Positions 27,001-40,208 of a DNA stretch of 54,732 bases are shown piece by piece. Source of the stretch: Nemertoderma westbladi. Its lineage: Eukaryota; Animalia; Xenacoelomorpha. The notes under the pieces are model-generated. The model saw only the letters and a program-made list of their open reading frames with translations, made no database searches and was not told the origin of the DNA. The stretch covers positions 1 to 54,732 of the forward strand of contig JAUCBJ010006712.1 in assembly GCA_032718475.1 (NCBI GenBank), in the 5' to 3' direction. How positions within the stretch are numbered: position 1 is the stretch's first letter; each line of letters starts with the position of its first letter. The translations under genes and the position numbers were made by a program.

Positions 27001-30000
27001 TGGTGTGTTCGGTTAATGGGTCACGTGTTGTACCAGCTGGGATGCGTTCATAAGAAGACAATGCATAAGTACGAGACAGGTAGGCGGTGTGTTCGGTTAA
27101 TGGGTCACGTGTTGTACCAGCTGGGATGCGTTAATATGAAGACAATGCATAAGTACGAGACAGGTAGGTGGTGTGTTCGGTTAATGGGTCACGTGTTGTA
27201 CCAGCTGGGATGCGTTAATAAGAAGACAATGCATAAGTACGAGACAGGTAGGTGGTGTGTTCGGTTAATGGGTCACGTGTTGTACCAGCTGGGATGCGTT
27301 AATAAGAAGACAATGCATAAGTACGAGACAGGTAGGTGGTGTGTTCAGTTAATGGGTCACGTGTTGTACCAGCTGGGATGCGTTCATAAGAAGACAATGC
27401 ATAAGTACGAGACAGGTAGGCGGTGTGTTCGGTTAATGGGTCACGTGTTGTACCAGCTGGGATGCGTTAATATGAAGACAATGCATAAGTACGAGACAGG
27501 TAGGTGGTGTGTTCGGTTAATGGGTCACGTGTTGTACCAGCTGGGATGCGTTCATAAGAAGACAATGCATAAGTACGAGACAGGTAGGCGGTGTGTTCGG
27601 TTAATGGGTCACGTGTTGTACCAGCTGGGATGCGTTAATATGAAGACAATGCATAAGTACGAGACAGGTAGGTGGTGTGTTCGGTTAATGGGTCACGTGT
27701 TGTACCAGCTGGGATGCGTTAATAAGAAGACAATGCATAAGTACGAGACAGGTAGGTGGTGTGTTCAGTTAATGGGTCACGTGTTGTACCAGCTGGGATG
27801 CGTTAATAAGAAGACAATGCATAAGTACGAGACAGGTAGGCGGTGTGTTCGGTTAATGGGTCACGTGTTGTACCAGCTGGGATGCGTTAATAAGAAGACA
27901 ATGCATAAGTACGAGACAGGTAGGTGGTGTGTTCGGTTAATGGGTCACGTGTTGTACCAGCTGGGATGCGTTAATAAGAAGACAATGCATAAGTACGAGA
28001 CAGGTAGGCGGTGTGTTCGGTTAATGGGTCACGTGTTGTACCAGCTGGGATGCGTTAATAAGAAGACAATGCATAAGTACGAGACAGGTAGGTGGTGTGT
28101 TCGGTTAATGGGTCACGTGTTGTACCAGCTGGGATGCGTTAATAAGAAGACAATGCATAAGTACGAGACAGGTAGGTGGTGTGTTCGGTTAATGGGTCAC
28201 GTGTTGTACCAGCTGGGATGCGTTAATAAGAAGACAATGCATAAGTACGAGACGGGTAGGTGGTGTGTTCGGTTAATGGGTCACGTGTTGTACCAGCTGG
28301 GATGCGTTAATAAGAAGACAATGCATAAGTACGAGACGGGTAGGTGGTGTGTTCGGTTAATGGGTCACGTGTTGTACCAGCTGGGATGCGTTCATAAGAA
28401 GACAATGCATAAGTACGAGACAGGTAGGCGGTGTGTTCGGTTAATGGGTCACGTGTTGTACCAGCTGGGATGCGTTAATAAGAAGACAATGCATAAGTAC
28501 GAGACAGGTAGGTGGTGTGTTCAGTTAATGGGTCACGTGTTGTACCAGCTGGGATGCGTTAATAAGAAGACAATGCATAAGTACGAGACAGGTAGGCGGT
28601 GTGTTCGGTTAATGGGTCACGTGTTGTACCAGCTGGGATGCGTTAATAAGAAGACAATGCATAAGTACGAGACAGGTAGGTGGTGTGTTCGGTTAATGGG
28701 TCACGTGTTGTACCAGCTGGGATGCGTTAATAAGAAGACAATGCATAAGTACGAGACAGGTAGGTGGTGTGTTCAGTTAATGGGTCACGTGTTGTACCAG
28801 CTGGGATGCGTTAATAAGAAGAGAATGCATAAGTACGAGACAGGTAGGTGGTGTGTTCGGTTAATGGGTCACGTGTTGTACCAGCTGGGATGCGTTAATA
28901 TGAAGACAATGCATAAGTACGAGACAGGTAGGTGGTGTGTTCGGTTAATGGGTCAGGTGTTGTACCAGCTGGGATGCGTTCATAAGAAGACAATGCATAA
29001 GTACGAGACAGGTAGGCGGTGTGTTCGGTTAATGGGTCACGTGTTGTACCAGCTGGGATGCGTTAATAAGAAGACAATGCATAAGTACGAGACAGGTAGG
29101 TGGTGTGTTCAGTTAATGGGTCACGTGTTGTACCAGCTGGGATGCGTTAATAAGAAGACAATGCATAAGTACGAGACAGGTAGGCGGTGTGTTCGGTTAA
29201 TGGGTCACGTGTTGTACCAGCTGGGATGCGTTAATAAGAAGACAATGCATAAGTACGAGACAGGTAGGTGGTGTGTTCGGTTAATGGGTCACGTGTTGTA
29301 CCAGCTGGGATGCGTTAATAAGAAGACAATGCATAAGTACGAGACAGGTAGGTGGTGTGTTCAGTTAATGGGTCACGTGTTGTACCAGCTGGGATGCGTT
29401 AATAAGAAGAGAATGCATAAGTACGAGACAGGTAGGTGGTGTGTTCGGTTAATGGGTCACGTGTTGTACCAGCTGGGATGCGTTAATATGAAGACAATGC
29501 ATAAGTACGAGACAGGTAGGTGGTGTGTTCGGTTAATGGGTCAGGTGTTGTACCAGCTGGGATGCGTTCATAAGAAGACAATGCATAAGTACGAGACAGG
29601 TAGGTGGTGTGTTCGGTTAATGGGTCACGTGTTGTACCAGCTGGGATGCGTTAATAAGAAGACAATGCATAAGTACGAGACAGGTAGGTGGTGTGTTCGG
29701 TTAATGGGTCACGTGTTGTACCAGCTGGGATGCGTTAATAAGAAGACAATGCATAAGTACGAGACAGGTAGGTGGTGTGTTCAGTTAATGGGTCACGTGT
29801 TGTACCAGCTGGGAGGCGTTCATAATAAGACAATGCATAAGTACGAGACAGGTAGGTGGTGTGTTCGGTTAATGGGTCACGTGTTGTACCAGCTGGGATG
29901 CGTTCATAAGAAGACAATGCATAAGTACGAGACAGGTAGGTGGTGTGTTCGGTTAATGCGTCACGTGTTGTACCAGCTGGGATGCGTTCATAAGAAGACA

Positions 30001-33000
30001 ATGCATAAGTACGAGACAGGTAGGTGGTGTGTTCAGTTAATGGGTCACGTGTTGTACCAGCTGGGATGCGTTAATATGAAGACAATGCATAAGTACGAGA
30101 CAGGTAGGTGGTGTGTTCGGTTAATGGGTCAGGTGTTGTACCAGCTGGGATGCGTTCATAAGAAGACAATGCATAAGTACGAGACAGGTAGGTGGTGTGT
30201 TCGGTTAATGGGTCACGTGTTGTACCAGCTGGGATGCGTTAATAAGAAGACAATGCATAAGTACGAGACAGGTAGGTGGTGTGTTCGGTTAATGGGTCAC
30301 GTGTTGTACCAGCTGGGATGCGTTAATAAGAAGACAATGCATAAGTACGAGACAGGTAGGTGGTGTGTTCGGTTAATGGGTCACGTGTTGTACCAGCTGG
30401 GATGCGTTCATAAGAAGACAATGCATAAGTACGAGACAGGTAGGTGGTGTGTTCGGTTAATGCGTCACGTGTTGTACCAGCTGGGATGCGTTCATAAGAA
30501 GACAATAAATAAGTACGAGACAGGTAGGTGGTGTGTTCGGTTAATGGGTCACGTGCTGTACCAGCTGGGATGCGTTAATAAGAAGACAATGCATAAGTAC
30601 GAGACAGGTAGGTGGTGTGTTCGGTTAATGGGTCACGTGTTGTACCAGCTGGGATGCGTTAATAAGAAGACAATGCATAAGTACGAGACGGGTAGGTGGT
30701 GTGTTCTGTTAATGGGTCACATGTTGTACCAGCTGGGAGGCGTTAATAAGAAGACAATGCATAAGTACGAGACAGGTAGGTGGTGTGTTCGGTTAATGGG
30801 TCACGTGTTGTACCAGCTGGGATGCGTTAATAAGAAGACAATGCATAAGTACGAGACAGGTAGGTGGTGTGTTCGGTTAATGGGTCACATGTTGTACCAG
30901 CTGGGATGCGTTAATAAGAAGACAATGCATAAGTACGAGACAGGTAGGTGGTGTGTTCGGTTAATGGGTCACGTGCTGTACCAGCTGGGATGCGTTAATA
31001 TGACGACAATGCATAAGTACGAGACAGGTAGGTGGTGTGTTCGGTTAATGGGTCACGTGTTGTACCAGCTGGGATGCGTTAATAAGAAGACAATGCATAA
31101 GTACGAGACAGGTAGGTGGTGTGTTCGGTTAATGGGTCACGTGTTGTACCAGCTGGGATGCGTTAATAAGAAGACAATGCATAAGTACGAGACAGGTAGG
31201 TGGTGTGTTCGGTTAATGGGTCACGTGTTGTACCAGCTGGGATGCGTTAATAAGAAGACAATGCATAAGTACGAGACAGGTAGGTGGTGTGTTCGGTTAA
31301 TGGGTCACGTGTTGTACCAGCTGGGATGCGTTAATAAGAAGACAATGCATAAGTACGAGACAGGTAGGTGGTGTGTTCGGTTAATGGGTCACGTGTTGTA
31401 CCAGCTGGGATGCGTTCATAAGAAGACAATGCATAAGTACGAGACAGGTAGGTGGTGTGTTCGGTTAATGGGTCACGTGTTGTACCAGCTGGGATGCGTT
31501 AATAAGAAGACAATGCATAAGTACGAGACGGGTAGGTGGTGTGTTCGGTTAATGGGTCACGTGCTGTACCAGCTGGGATGCGTTAATAAGAAGACAATGC
31601 ATAAGTACGAGACAGGTAGGTGGTGTGTTCGGTTAATGGGTCACGTGCTGTACCAGCTGGGATGCGTTAATAAGAAGACAATGCATAAGTACGAGACAGG
31701 TAGGTGGTGTGTTCGGTTAATGGGTCACGTGTTGTACCAGCTGGGATGCGTTAATAAGAAGACAATGCATAAGTACGAGACAGGTAGGTGGTGTGTTCGG
31801 TTAATGGGTCACGTGTTGTACCAGCTGGGATGCGTTAATAAGAAGACAATGCATAAGTACGAGACAGGTAGGTGGTGTGTTCGGTTAATGGGTCACGTGT
31901 TGTACCAGCTGGGATGCGTTAATAAGAAGACAATGCATAAGTACGAGACAGGTAGGTGGTGTGTTCGGTTAATGGGTCACGTGTTGTACCAGCTGGGATG
32001 CGTTAATAAGAAGACAATGCATAAGTACGAGACAGGTAGGTGGTGTGTTCGGTTAATGGGTCACGTGTTGTACCAGCTGGGATGCGTTAATAAGAAGACA
32101 ATGCATAAGTACGAGACAGGTAGGTGGTGTGTTCGGTTAATGGGTCACGTGTTGTACCAGCTGGGATGCGTTCATAAGAAGACAATGAATAAGTACGAGA
32201 CAGGTAGGTGGTGTGTTCGGTTAATGGGTCACGTGTTGTACCAGCTGGGATGCGTTAATAAGAAGACAATGCATAAGTACGAGACAGGTAGGTGGTGTGT
32301 TCGGTTAATGGGTCACGTGTTGTACCAGCTGGGATGCGTTAATAAGAAGACAATGCATAAGTACGAGACAGGTAGGTGGTGTGTTCGGTTAATGGGTCAC
32401 GTGTTGTACCAGCTGGGATGCGTTCATAAGAAGACAATGCATAAGTACGAGACAGGTAGGTGGTGTGTTCGGTTAATGGGTCACGTGTTGTACCAGCTGG
32501 GATGCGTTAATAAGAAGACAATGCATAAGTACGAGACAGGTAGGTGGTGTGTTCGGTTAATGGGTCACGTGTTGTACCAGCTGGGATGCGTTAATAAGAA
32601 GACAATGCATAAGTACGAGACAGGTAGGTGGTGTGTTCGGTTAATGGGTCACGTGTTGTACCAGCTGGGATGCGTTAATAAGAAGACAATGCATAAGTAC
32701 GAGACAGGTAGGTGGTGTGTTCGGTTAATGGGTCACGTGTTGTACCAGCTGGGATGCGTTCATAAGAAGACAATGCATAAGTACGAGACAGGTAGGTGGT
32801 GTGTTCGGTTAATGGGTCACGTGTTGTACCAGCTGGGATGCGTTAATAAGAAGACAATGCATAAGTACGAGACAGGTAGGTGGTGTGTTCGGTTAATGGG
32901 TCACGTGTTGTACCAGCTGGGATGCGTTAATAAGAAGACAATGCATAAGTACGAGACAGGTAGGTGGTGTGTTCGGTTAATGGGTCACGTGTTGTACCAG

Positions 33001-36000
33001 CTGGGATGCGTTAATAAGAAGACAATGCATAAGTACGAGACAGGTAGGTGGTGTGTTCGGTTAATGGGTCACGTGTTGTACCAGCTGGGATGCGTTAATA
33101 AGAAGACAATGCATAAGTACGAGACAGGTAGGTGGTGTGTTCGGTTAATGGGTCACGTGTTGTACCAGCTGGGATGCGTTAATAAGAAGACAATGCATAA
33201 GTACGAGACAGGTAGGTGGTGTGTTCAGTTAATGGGTCACGTGTTGTACCAGCTGGGATGCGTTCATAAGAAGACAATGCATAAGTACGAGACAGGTAGG
33301 TGGTGTGTTCGGTTAATGGGTCACGTGTTGTACCAGCTGGGATGCGTTCATAAGAAGACAATGCATAAGTACGAGACAGGTAGGTGGTGTGTTCGGTTAA
33401 TGGGTCACGTGTTGTACCAGCTGGGATGCGTTCATAAGAAGACAATGCATAAGTACGAGACAGGTAGGTGGTGTGTTCGGTTAATGGGTCACGTGTTGTA
33501 CCAGCTGGGATGCGTTCATAAGAAGACAATGCATAAGTACGAGACAGGTAGGTGGTGTGTTCGGTTAATGGGTCACGTGTTGTACCAGCTGGGATGCGTT
33601 CATAAGAAGACAATGCATAAGTACGAGACAGGTAGGTGGTGTGTTCGGTTAATGGGTCACGTGTTGTACCAGCTGGGATGCGTTCATAAGAAGACAATGC
33701 ATAAGTACGAGACAGGTAGGTGGTGTGTTCGGTTAATGGGTCACGTGTTGTACCAGCTGGGATGCGTTCATAAGAAGACAATGCATAAGTACGAGACAGG
33801 TAGGTGGTGTGTTCGGTTAATGGGTCACGTGTTGTACCAGCTGGGATGCGTTCATAAGAAGACAATGCATAAGTACGAGACAGGTAGGTGGTGTGTTCGG
33901 TTAATGGGTCACGTGTTGTACCAGCTGGGATGCGTTAATAAGAAGACAATGCATAAGTACGAGACAGGTAGGTGGTGTGTTCGGTTAATGGGTCACGTGT
34001 TGTACCAGCTGGGATGCGTTAATAAGAAGACAATGCATAAGTACGAGACAGGTAGGTGGTGTGTTCGGTTAATGGGTCACGTGTTGTACCAGCTGGGATG
34101 CGTTAATAAGAAGACAATGCATAAGTACGAGACAGGTAGGTGGTGTGTTCGGTTAATGGGTCACGTGTTGTACCAGCTGGGATGCGTTCATAAGAAGACA
34201 ATGCATAAGTACGAGACAGGTAGGTGGTGTGTTCGGTTAATGGGTCACGTGTTGTACCAGCTGGGATGCGTTCATAAGAAGACAATGCATAAGTACGAGA
34301 CAGGTAGGTGGTGTGTTCGGTTAATGGGTCACGTGTTGTACCAGCTGGGATGCGTTAATAAGAAGACAATGCATAAGTACGAGACAGGTAGGTGGTGTGT
34401 TCGGTTAATGGGTCACGTGTTGTACCAGCTGGGATGCGTTCATAAGAAGACAATGCATAAGTACGAGACAGGTAGGTGGTGTGTTCGGTTAATGGGTCAC
34501 GTGTTGTACCAGCTGGGATGCGTTCATAAGAAGACAATGCATAAGTACGAGACAGGTAGGTGGTGTGTTCGGTTAATGGGTCACGTGTTGTACCAGCTGG
34601 GATGCGTTAATATGAAGACAATGCATAAGTACGAGACAGGTAGGTGGTGTGTTCGGTTAATGGGTCACGTGTTGTACCAGCTGGGATGCGTTCATAAGAA
34701 GACAATGCATAAGTACGAGACAGGTAGGTGGTGTGTTCGGTTAATGGGTCACGTGTTGTACCAGCTGGGATGCGTTCATAAGAAGACAATGCATAAGTAC
34801 GAGACAGGTAGGTGGTGTGTTCGGTTAATGGGTCACGTGTTGTACCAGCTGGGATGCGTTCATAAGAAGACAATGCATAAGTACGAGACAGGTAGGTGGT
34901 GTGTTCGGTTAATGGGTCACGTGTTGTACCAGCTGGGATGCGTTCATAAGAAGACAATGCATAAGTACGAGACAGGTAGGTGGTGTGTTCGGTTAATGGA
35001 TCACGTGTTGTACCAGCTGGGATGCGAATAAGAAGACAATGCATAAGTACGAGACAGGTAGGTGGTGTGTTCGGTTAATGGGTCACGTGTTGTACCAGCT
35101 GGGATGCGTTCATAAGAAGACAATGCATAAGTACGAGACTGGTAGGTGGTGTGTTCGGTTAATGGATCACGTGTTGTACCAGCTGGGATGCGTTCATAAG
35201 AAGACAATGCATAAGTACGAGACTGGTAGGTGGTGTGTTCGGTTAATGGATCACGTGTTGTACCAGCTGGGATGCGTTCATAAGAAGACAATGCATAAGT
35301 ACGAGACTGGTAGGTGGTGTGTTCGGTTAATGGGTCACGTGTTGTACCAGCTGGGATGCGTTCATAAGAAGACAATGCATAAGTACGAGACTGGTAGGTG
35401 GTGTGTTCGGTTAATGGGTCACGTGTTGTACCAGCTGGGATGCGTTCATAAGAAGACAATGCATAAGTACGAGACTGGTAGGTGGTGTGTTCGGTTAATG
35501 GGTCACGTGTTGTACCAGCTGGGATGCGTTCATAAGAAGACAATGCATAAGTACAAGTACAAGACAGGTAGGTGGTGTGTTCGGTTAATGGGTCACGTGT
35601 TGTACCAGCTGGGATGCGTTAATAAGAAGACAATGCATAAGTACGAGACTGGTAGGTGGTGTGTTCGGTTAATGGATCACGTGTTGTACCAGCTGGGATG
35701 CGTTCATAAGAAGACAATAAATAAGTACGAGACAGGTAGGTGGTGTGTTCGGTTAATGGGTCACGTGTTGTACCAGCTGGGATGCGTTAATAAGAAGACA
35801 ATGCATAAGTACGAGACAGGTAGGTGGTGTGTTCGGTTAATGGGTCACGTGTTGTACCAGCTGGGATGCGTTCATAAGAAGACAATAAATAAGTACGAGA
35901 CAGGTAGGTGGTGTGTTCGGTTAATGGGTCACGTGCTGTACCAGCTGGGATGCGTTAATAAGAAGACAATGCATAAGTACGAGACAGGTAGGTGGTGTGT

Positions 36001-38180
36001 TCGGTTAATGGGTCACGTGTTGTACCAGCTGGGATGCGTTAATAAGAAGACAATGCATAAGTACGAGACAGGTAGGTGGTGTGTTCGGTTAATGGGTCAC
36101 GTGTTGTACCAGCTGGGATGCGTTCATAAGAAGACAATAAATAAGTACGAGACAGGTAGGTGGTGTGTTCGGTTAATGGGTCACGTGTTGTACCAGCTGG
36201 GATGCGTTCATAAGAAGACAATGCATAAGTACGAGACTGGTAGGTGGTGTGTTCGGTTAATGGATCACGTGTTGTACCAGCTGGGATGCGTTCATAAGAA
36301 GACAATGCATAAGTACGAGACTGGTAGGTGGTGTGTTCGGTTAATGGATCACGTGTTGTACCAGCTGGGATGCGTTCATAAGAAGACAATGCATAAGTAC
36401 AAGTACAAGACAGGTAGGTGGTGTGTTCGGTTAATGGGTCACGTGTTGTACCAGCTGGGATGCGTTAATAAGAAGACAATGCATAAGTACGAGACAGGTA
36501 GGTGGTGTGTTCGGTTAATGGGTCACGTGTTGTACCAGCTGGGATGCGTTAATAAGAAGACAATGCATAAGTACGAGACAGGTAGGTGGTGTGTTCAGTT
36601 AATGGGTCACGTGTTGTACCAGCTGGGATGCGATAATAAGAAGACAATGCATAAGTACGAGACAGGTAGGTGGTGTGTTCGGTTAATGGGTCACGTGTTG
36701 TACCAGCTGGGATGCGTTAATAAGAAGACAATGCATAAGTACGAGACAGGTAGGTGGTGTGTTCGGTTAATGGGTCACGTGTTGTACCAGCTGGGATGCG
36801 TTCATAAGAAGACAATGCATAAGTACAAGTACAAGACAGGTAGGTGGTGTGTTCGGTTAATGGGTCACGTGTTGTACCAGCTGGGATGCGTTAATAAGAA
36901 GACAATGCATAAGTACGAGACAGGTAGGTGGTGTGTTCGGTTAATGGGTCACGTGTTGTACCAGCTGGGATGCGTTAATAAGAAGACAATGCATAAGTAC
37001 GAGACAGGTAGGTGGTGTGTTCGGTTAATGGGTCACGTGTTGTACCAGCTGGGATGCGTTAATATGAAGACAATGCATAAGTACGAGACAGGTAGGTGGT
37101 GTGTTCGGTTAATGGGTCACGTGTTGTACCAGCTGGGATGCGTTCATAAGAAGACAATAAATAAGTACGAGACAGGTAGGTGGTGTGTTCGGTTAATGGG
37201 TCACGTGCTGTACCAGCTGGGATGCGTTCATAAGAAGACAATGCATAAGTACGAGACAGGTAGGTGGTGTGTTCGGTTAATGGGTCACGTGTTGTACCAG
37301 CTGGGATGCGTTAATAAGAAGACAATGCATAAGTACGAGACAGGTAGGTGGTGTGTTCGGTTAATGGGTCACGTGTTGTACCAGCTGGGATGCGTTAATA
37401 TGAAGACAATAAATAAGTACGAGACAGGTAGGTGGTGTGTTCGGTTAATGGGTCACGTGTTGTACCAGCTGGGATGCGTTCATAAGAAGACAATGCATAA
37501 GTACGAGACAGGTAGGTGGTGTGTTCGGTTAATGGGTCACGTGTTGTACCAGCTGGGATGCGTTCATAAGAAGACAATGCATAAGTACGAGACAGGTAGG
37601 TGGTGTGTTCGGTTAATGGTTCACGTGTTGTACCAGCTGGGATGCGTTAATAAGAAGACAATGCATAAGTACGAGACAGGTAGGTGGTGTGTTCGGTTAA
37701 TGGGTCACGTGTTGTACCAGCTGGGATGCGTTAATAAGAAGACAATAATTAAGTACGAGACAGGTAGGTGGTGTGTTCGGTTAATGGGTCACGTGTTGTA
37801 CCAGCTGGGATGCGTTAATATGAAGACAATGCATAAGTACGAGACAGGTAGGTGGTGTGTTCGGTTAATGGGTCACGTGTTGTACCAGCTGGGATGCGTT
37901 AATAAGAAGACAATGCATAAGTACGAGACAGGTAGGTGGTGTGTTCGGTTAATGGGTCACGTGTTGTACCAGCTGGGATGCGTTAATATGAAGACAATGC
38001 ATAAGTACGAGACAGGTAGGTGGTGTGTTCGGTTAATGGGTCACGTGTTGTACCAGCTGGGATGCGTTAATATGAAGACAATGCATAAGTACGAGACAGG
38101 TAGGTGGTGTGTTCGGTTAATGGGTCACGTGTTGTACCAGCTGGGATGCGTTAATAAGAAGACAATGCATAAGTACGAGA
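24054..38180 (+). repeat. 84-bp tandem array, right segment (~168 units)
   Basis: Same unit as the left segment. The last unit ends at gtacgaga (38180) and has no GT donor. Confidence 0.98.
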
Positions 38181-38694
38181 AAGGAACAAGGGTGCCCAGC
38201 CCATATTTAAAGGATATGAAAGTACTTACTTTTAACTATGAGTTATATTAAAGTTTTAATGCAGATGGCCCATGTGAAGTTTACCACACTACCTGCTGTT
38301 ATATTTCGCTTTGTAGTTTACCCCAATGTGAAGAATGCAATTTTTTCAAATACCCAGGTTTCAGAAGGGCTGAATCTAACCAAAGCAATAAACCAATTTG
38401 CATCTGTACTGTACAGGTTACAATGGAGAAATCAGCATCAGCGCTATAAAGCACCCTTTATAATAATAAAAAAATTTGAAAAATACCGATTCTTCATATA
38501 AAATTCCAATTAAAATTTGACAGAAAAATTAAAACCTAGTATTCTTCACATTGGCGATACACATCAACACATCATATTGTACCGACCAGCTAAAATGACA
38601 GTAAAAATTATTAAATTGAAGTTGCATTGAATTATTTGAATAATATTTACACTGTATAGGGAAAATGTACATAATTGTAATTTGTTTCTCGCAG

Positions 38695-39860
38695 AATCTC
38701 GTAAGTTGGGTAAATCTTCCTTCGCATTCGCGTGGGTGCTGGACGAGACTGGCGAGGAGAGAACTCGTGGGATCACCATGGACATCGCGACATCGCAGTT
38801 CGAGACGGACAAATACATAATAAACCTGTTAGACGCCCCGGGACATAAAGACTTTATACCCAACATGATAAGCGGAGCTTCTGCTGCAGATGTGGCAGTG
38901 CTGGTGGTGGACGCGTCAACGGGAGGGTTCGAAGCGGGGTTCGAATCCGGGGGACAGACGCGCGAACACGCGTTGTTAGTCCGCTCTCTCGGGGTCACTC
39001 AGTTGGTAGTCGCTGTTAATAAACTCGACTTAGTTGGTTGGCAGGAATCCCGGTTTACTAGTATAGTCGGTAAACTGGGACAATTCCTCAAACAGGCGGG
39101 GTTTAAAGAGTCGGACGTTAAGTACTTACCGTGTAGCGGTTTGAACGGGATTAATCTGACTCGCCCTGCGGAGGAGCCGGCGTTGACCAGTTGGTACCCT
39201 CACGGGCCTTCCTTACTCGGCGCCATTAACTCGTTCTCGCTGCCACCCCGGCCCGTGGACGGCCCGTTGCGTTTCGGCGTGTCCGACGTCTATAAAGGAC
39301 TCGGTTCCGGGATCTCGGTAGCCGGGAAACTCTCCTCGGGACGCGTGGATGTCGGGGACCGACTGGTGGTGCTGCCGGCCGCGGAGTCCGGCACCGTGAA
39401 ACAGATCGCGGTCTACGGCGAGGCCAAACCCGCTGCGGAGGCCGGGGATCAGGCAGACCTCACGCTCCTCGGCGTCGATCCCAATAAGGTGGGGGTCGGG
39501 AGCGTCGTGTGCCGCAGAGGCGCCTCTTTGGTGCCCTGCACAGCGCGGTTCATAGCTAGGTTACTTGTGTTCCCTATCACCGTTCCCATCACCCCCGGGT
39601 TCCCCGTGGTGTTCCATCACCAGAACGTCAGTGAACCCGCCGTTATCAGTAAACTCATCAGTTTGTTGAGTCGCAGTTCGGGTGAGGTGGTGAAGAAACG
39701 CCCGAAGTGTTTGGGGAAGTCGTGTAACGCGTTGGTTCAGATTACAGTAAACAAACCGATATGCGTGGAACTGTACAGCGACAATAAGGACCTCGGGAGG
39801 TTTATGCTGCGTTATGGAGGGTCAACTATAGCCGCGGGGGTTGTAACTCAGATTAAATAG
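38695..39860 (+). CDS. HBS1L: HBS1-like translational GTPase, coding exon 2 (G2-G5 and beta-barrel domains II/III)
   Basis: RGITMD (G2), DAPGHKDFIPNMISGA (G3), GGQTREH, NKLD (G4), CSGLNG (G5), C-terminal LGRFMLRYGGSTIAAGVVTQIK, stop TAG. Confidence 0.95.
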
Positions 39861-40208
39861 GTATTAATTAGGTGGGCTTTTAGGTGTTTGTTGCTGATAT
39901 TTTAATGATTGGTGCTCGTTTGTGTTTTGTATTTACAAGAGTTTCAACATTTAAACGTATTCGCCTTTTTCGTTTTTAACACGTTAGCAGCGGATTGTGC
40001 ACCGGTGAACATGACCTATGCAACACTGTAGTGTGGAGCTAATATGGCGTGGTTAGGCGTGGTGCTCAAATACATCAGCCGCTGTCTATGTGTGTGTGTG
40101 CGACCTCTAAAAGACTCGTATTTTTTTTTGGGGGGGGGGGGGGGGGGGGGTGTGCAACAGTGCACAATTCCCACTACACAAGAGCTCCGGTGCTCAAACT
40201 TACATATA

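Larger units (their letters stand above)
3728..38694 (+). other. HBS1L: HBS1L intron (~34,967 bp, GT...AG, phase 1); about 0.5 kb is unique, the rest is the 84-bp array and a hAT transposon
   Basis: Joining G3727 to AA at 38695 (acceptor tttgtttctcgcag) gives [27 protein letters not shown], collinear with the HBS1L family sequence [27 protein letters not shown]. Confidence 0.9.

Noticed and set aside
4751-37577. Minus-strand ORFs MSSYERIPAGTTRDPLTEHTTYLSRTY
   Set aside because: Antisense shadows of the repeat that appear only where the aat-to-cat variant removes a stop.
3661-38180. CRISPR array or a bacterial RT-associated repeat system
   Set aside because: No unique spacers and no cas genes. 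The context is eukaryotic (spliceosomal introns, LINEs, hAT), and the nearby RT is an ordinary degraded RTE LINE with no sequence link to the unit.
4053-38251. Very long repetitive ORFs (up to 2796 aa of MGHVLYQLGCVNKKTMHKYETGRWCVRL) as real repeat proteins
   Set aside because: They follow from a stop-free 84-bp unit derived from coding sequence. They lie inside the HBS1L intron, are cut off from exon 1 by the stop at 3931-3933, and are broken by scattered frameshifts.
38682-39860. EF-1alpha or eRF3 as the GTPase identity, or a standalone 392-aa gene
   Set aside because: The HBS1 N-terminal domain in exon 1 and [18 protein letters not shown] and LGRFMLR fit HBS1L. The listed ORF start is a TTG inside the acceptor tract and this ORF lacks G1.
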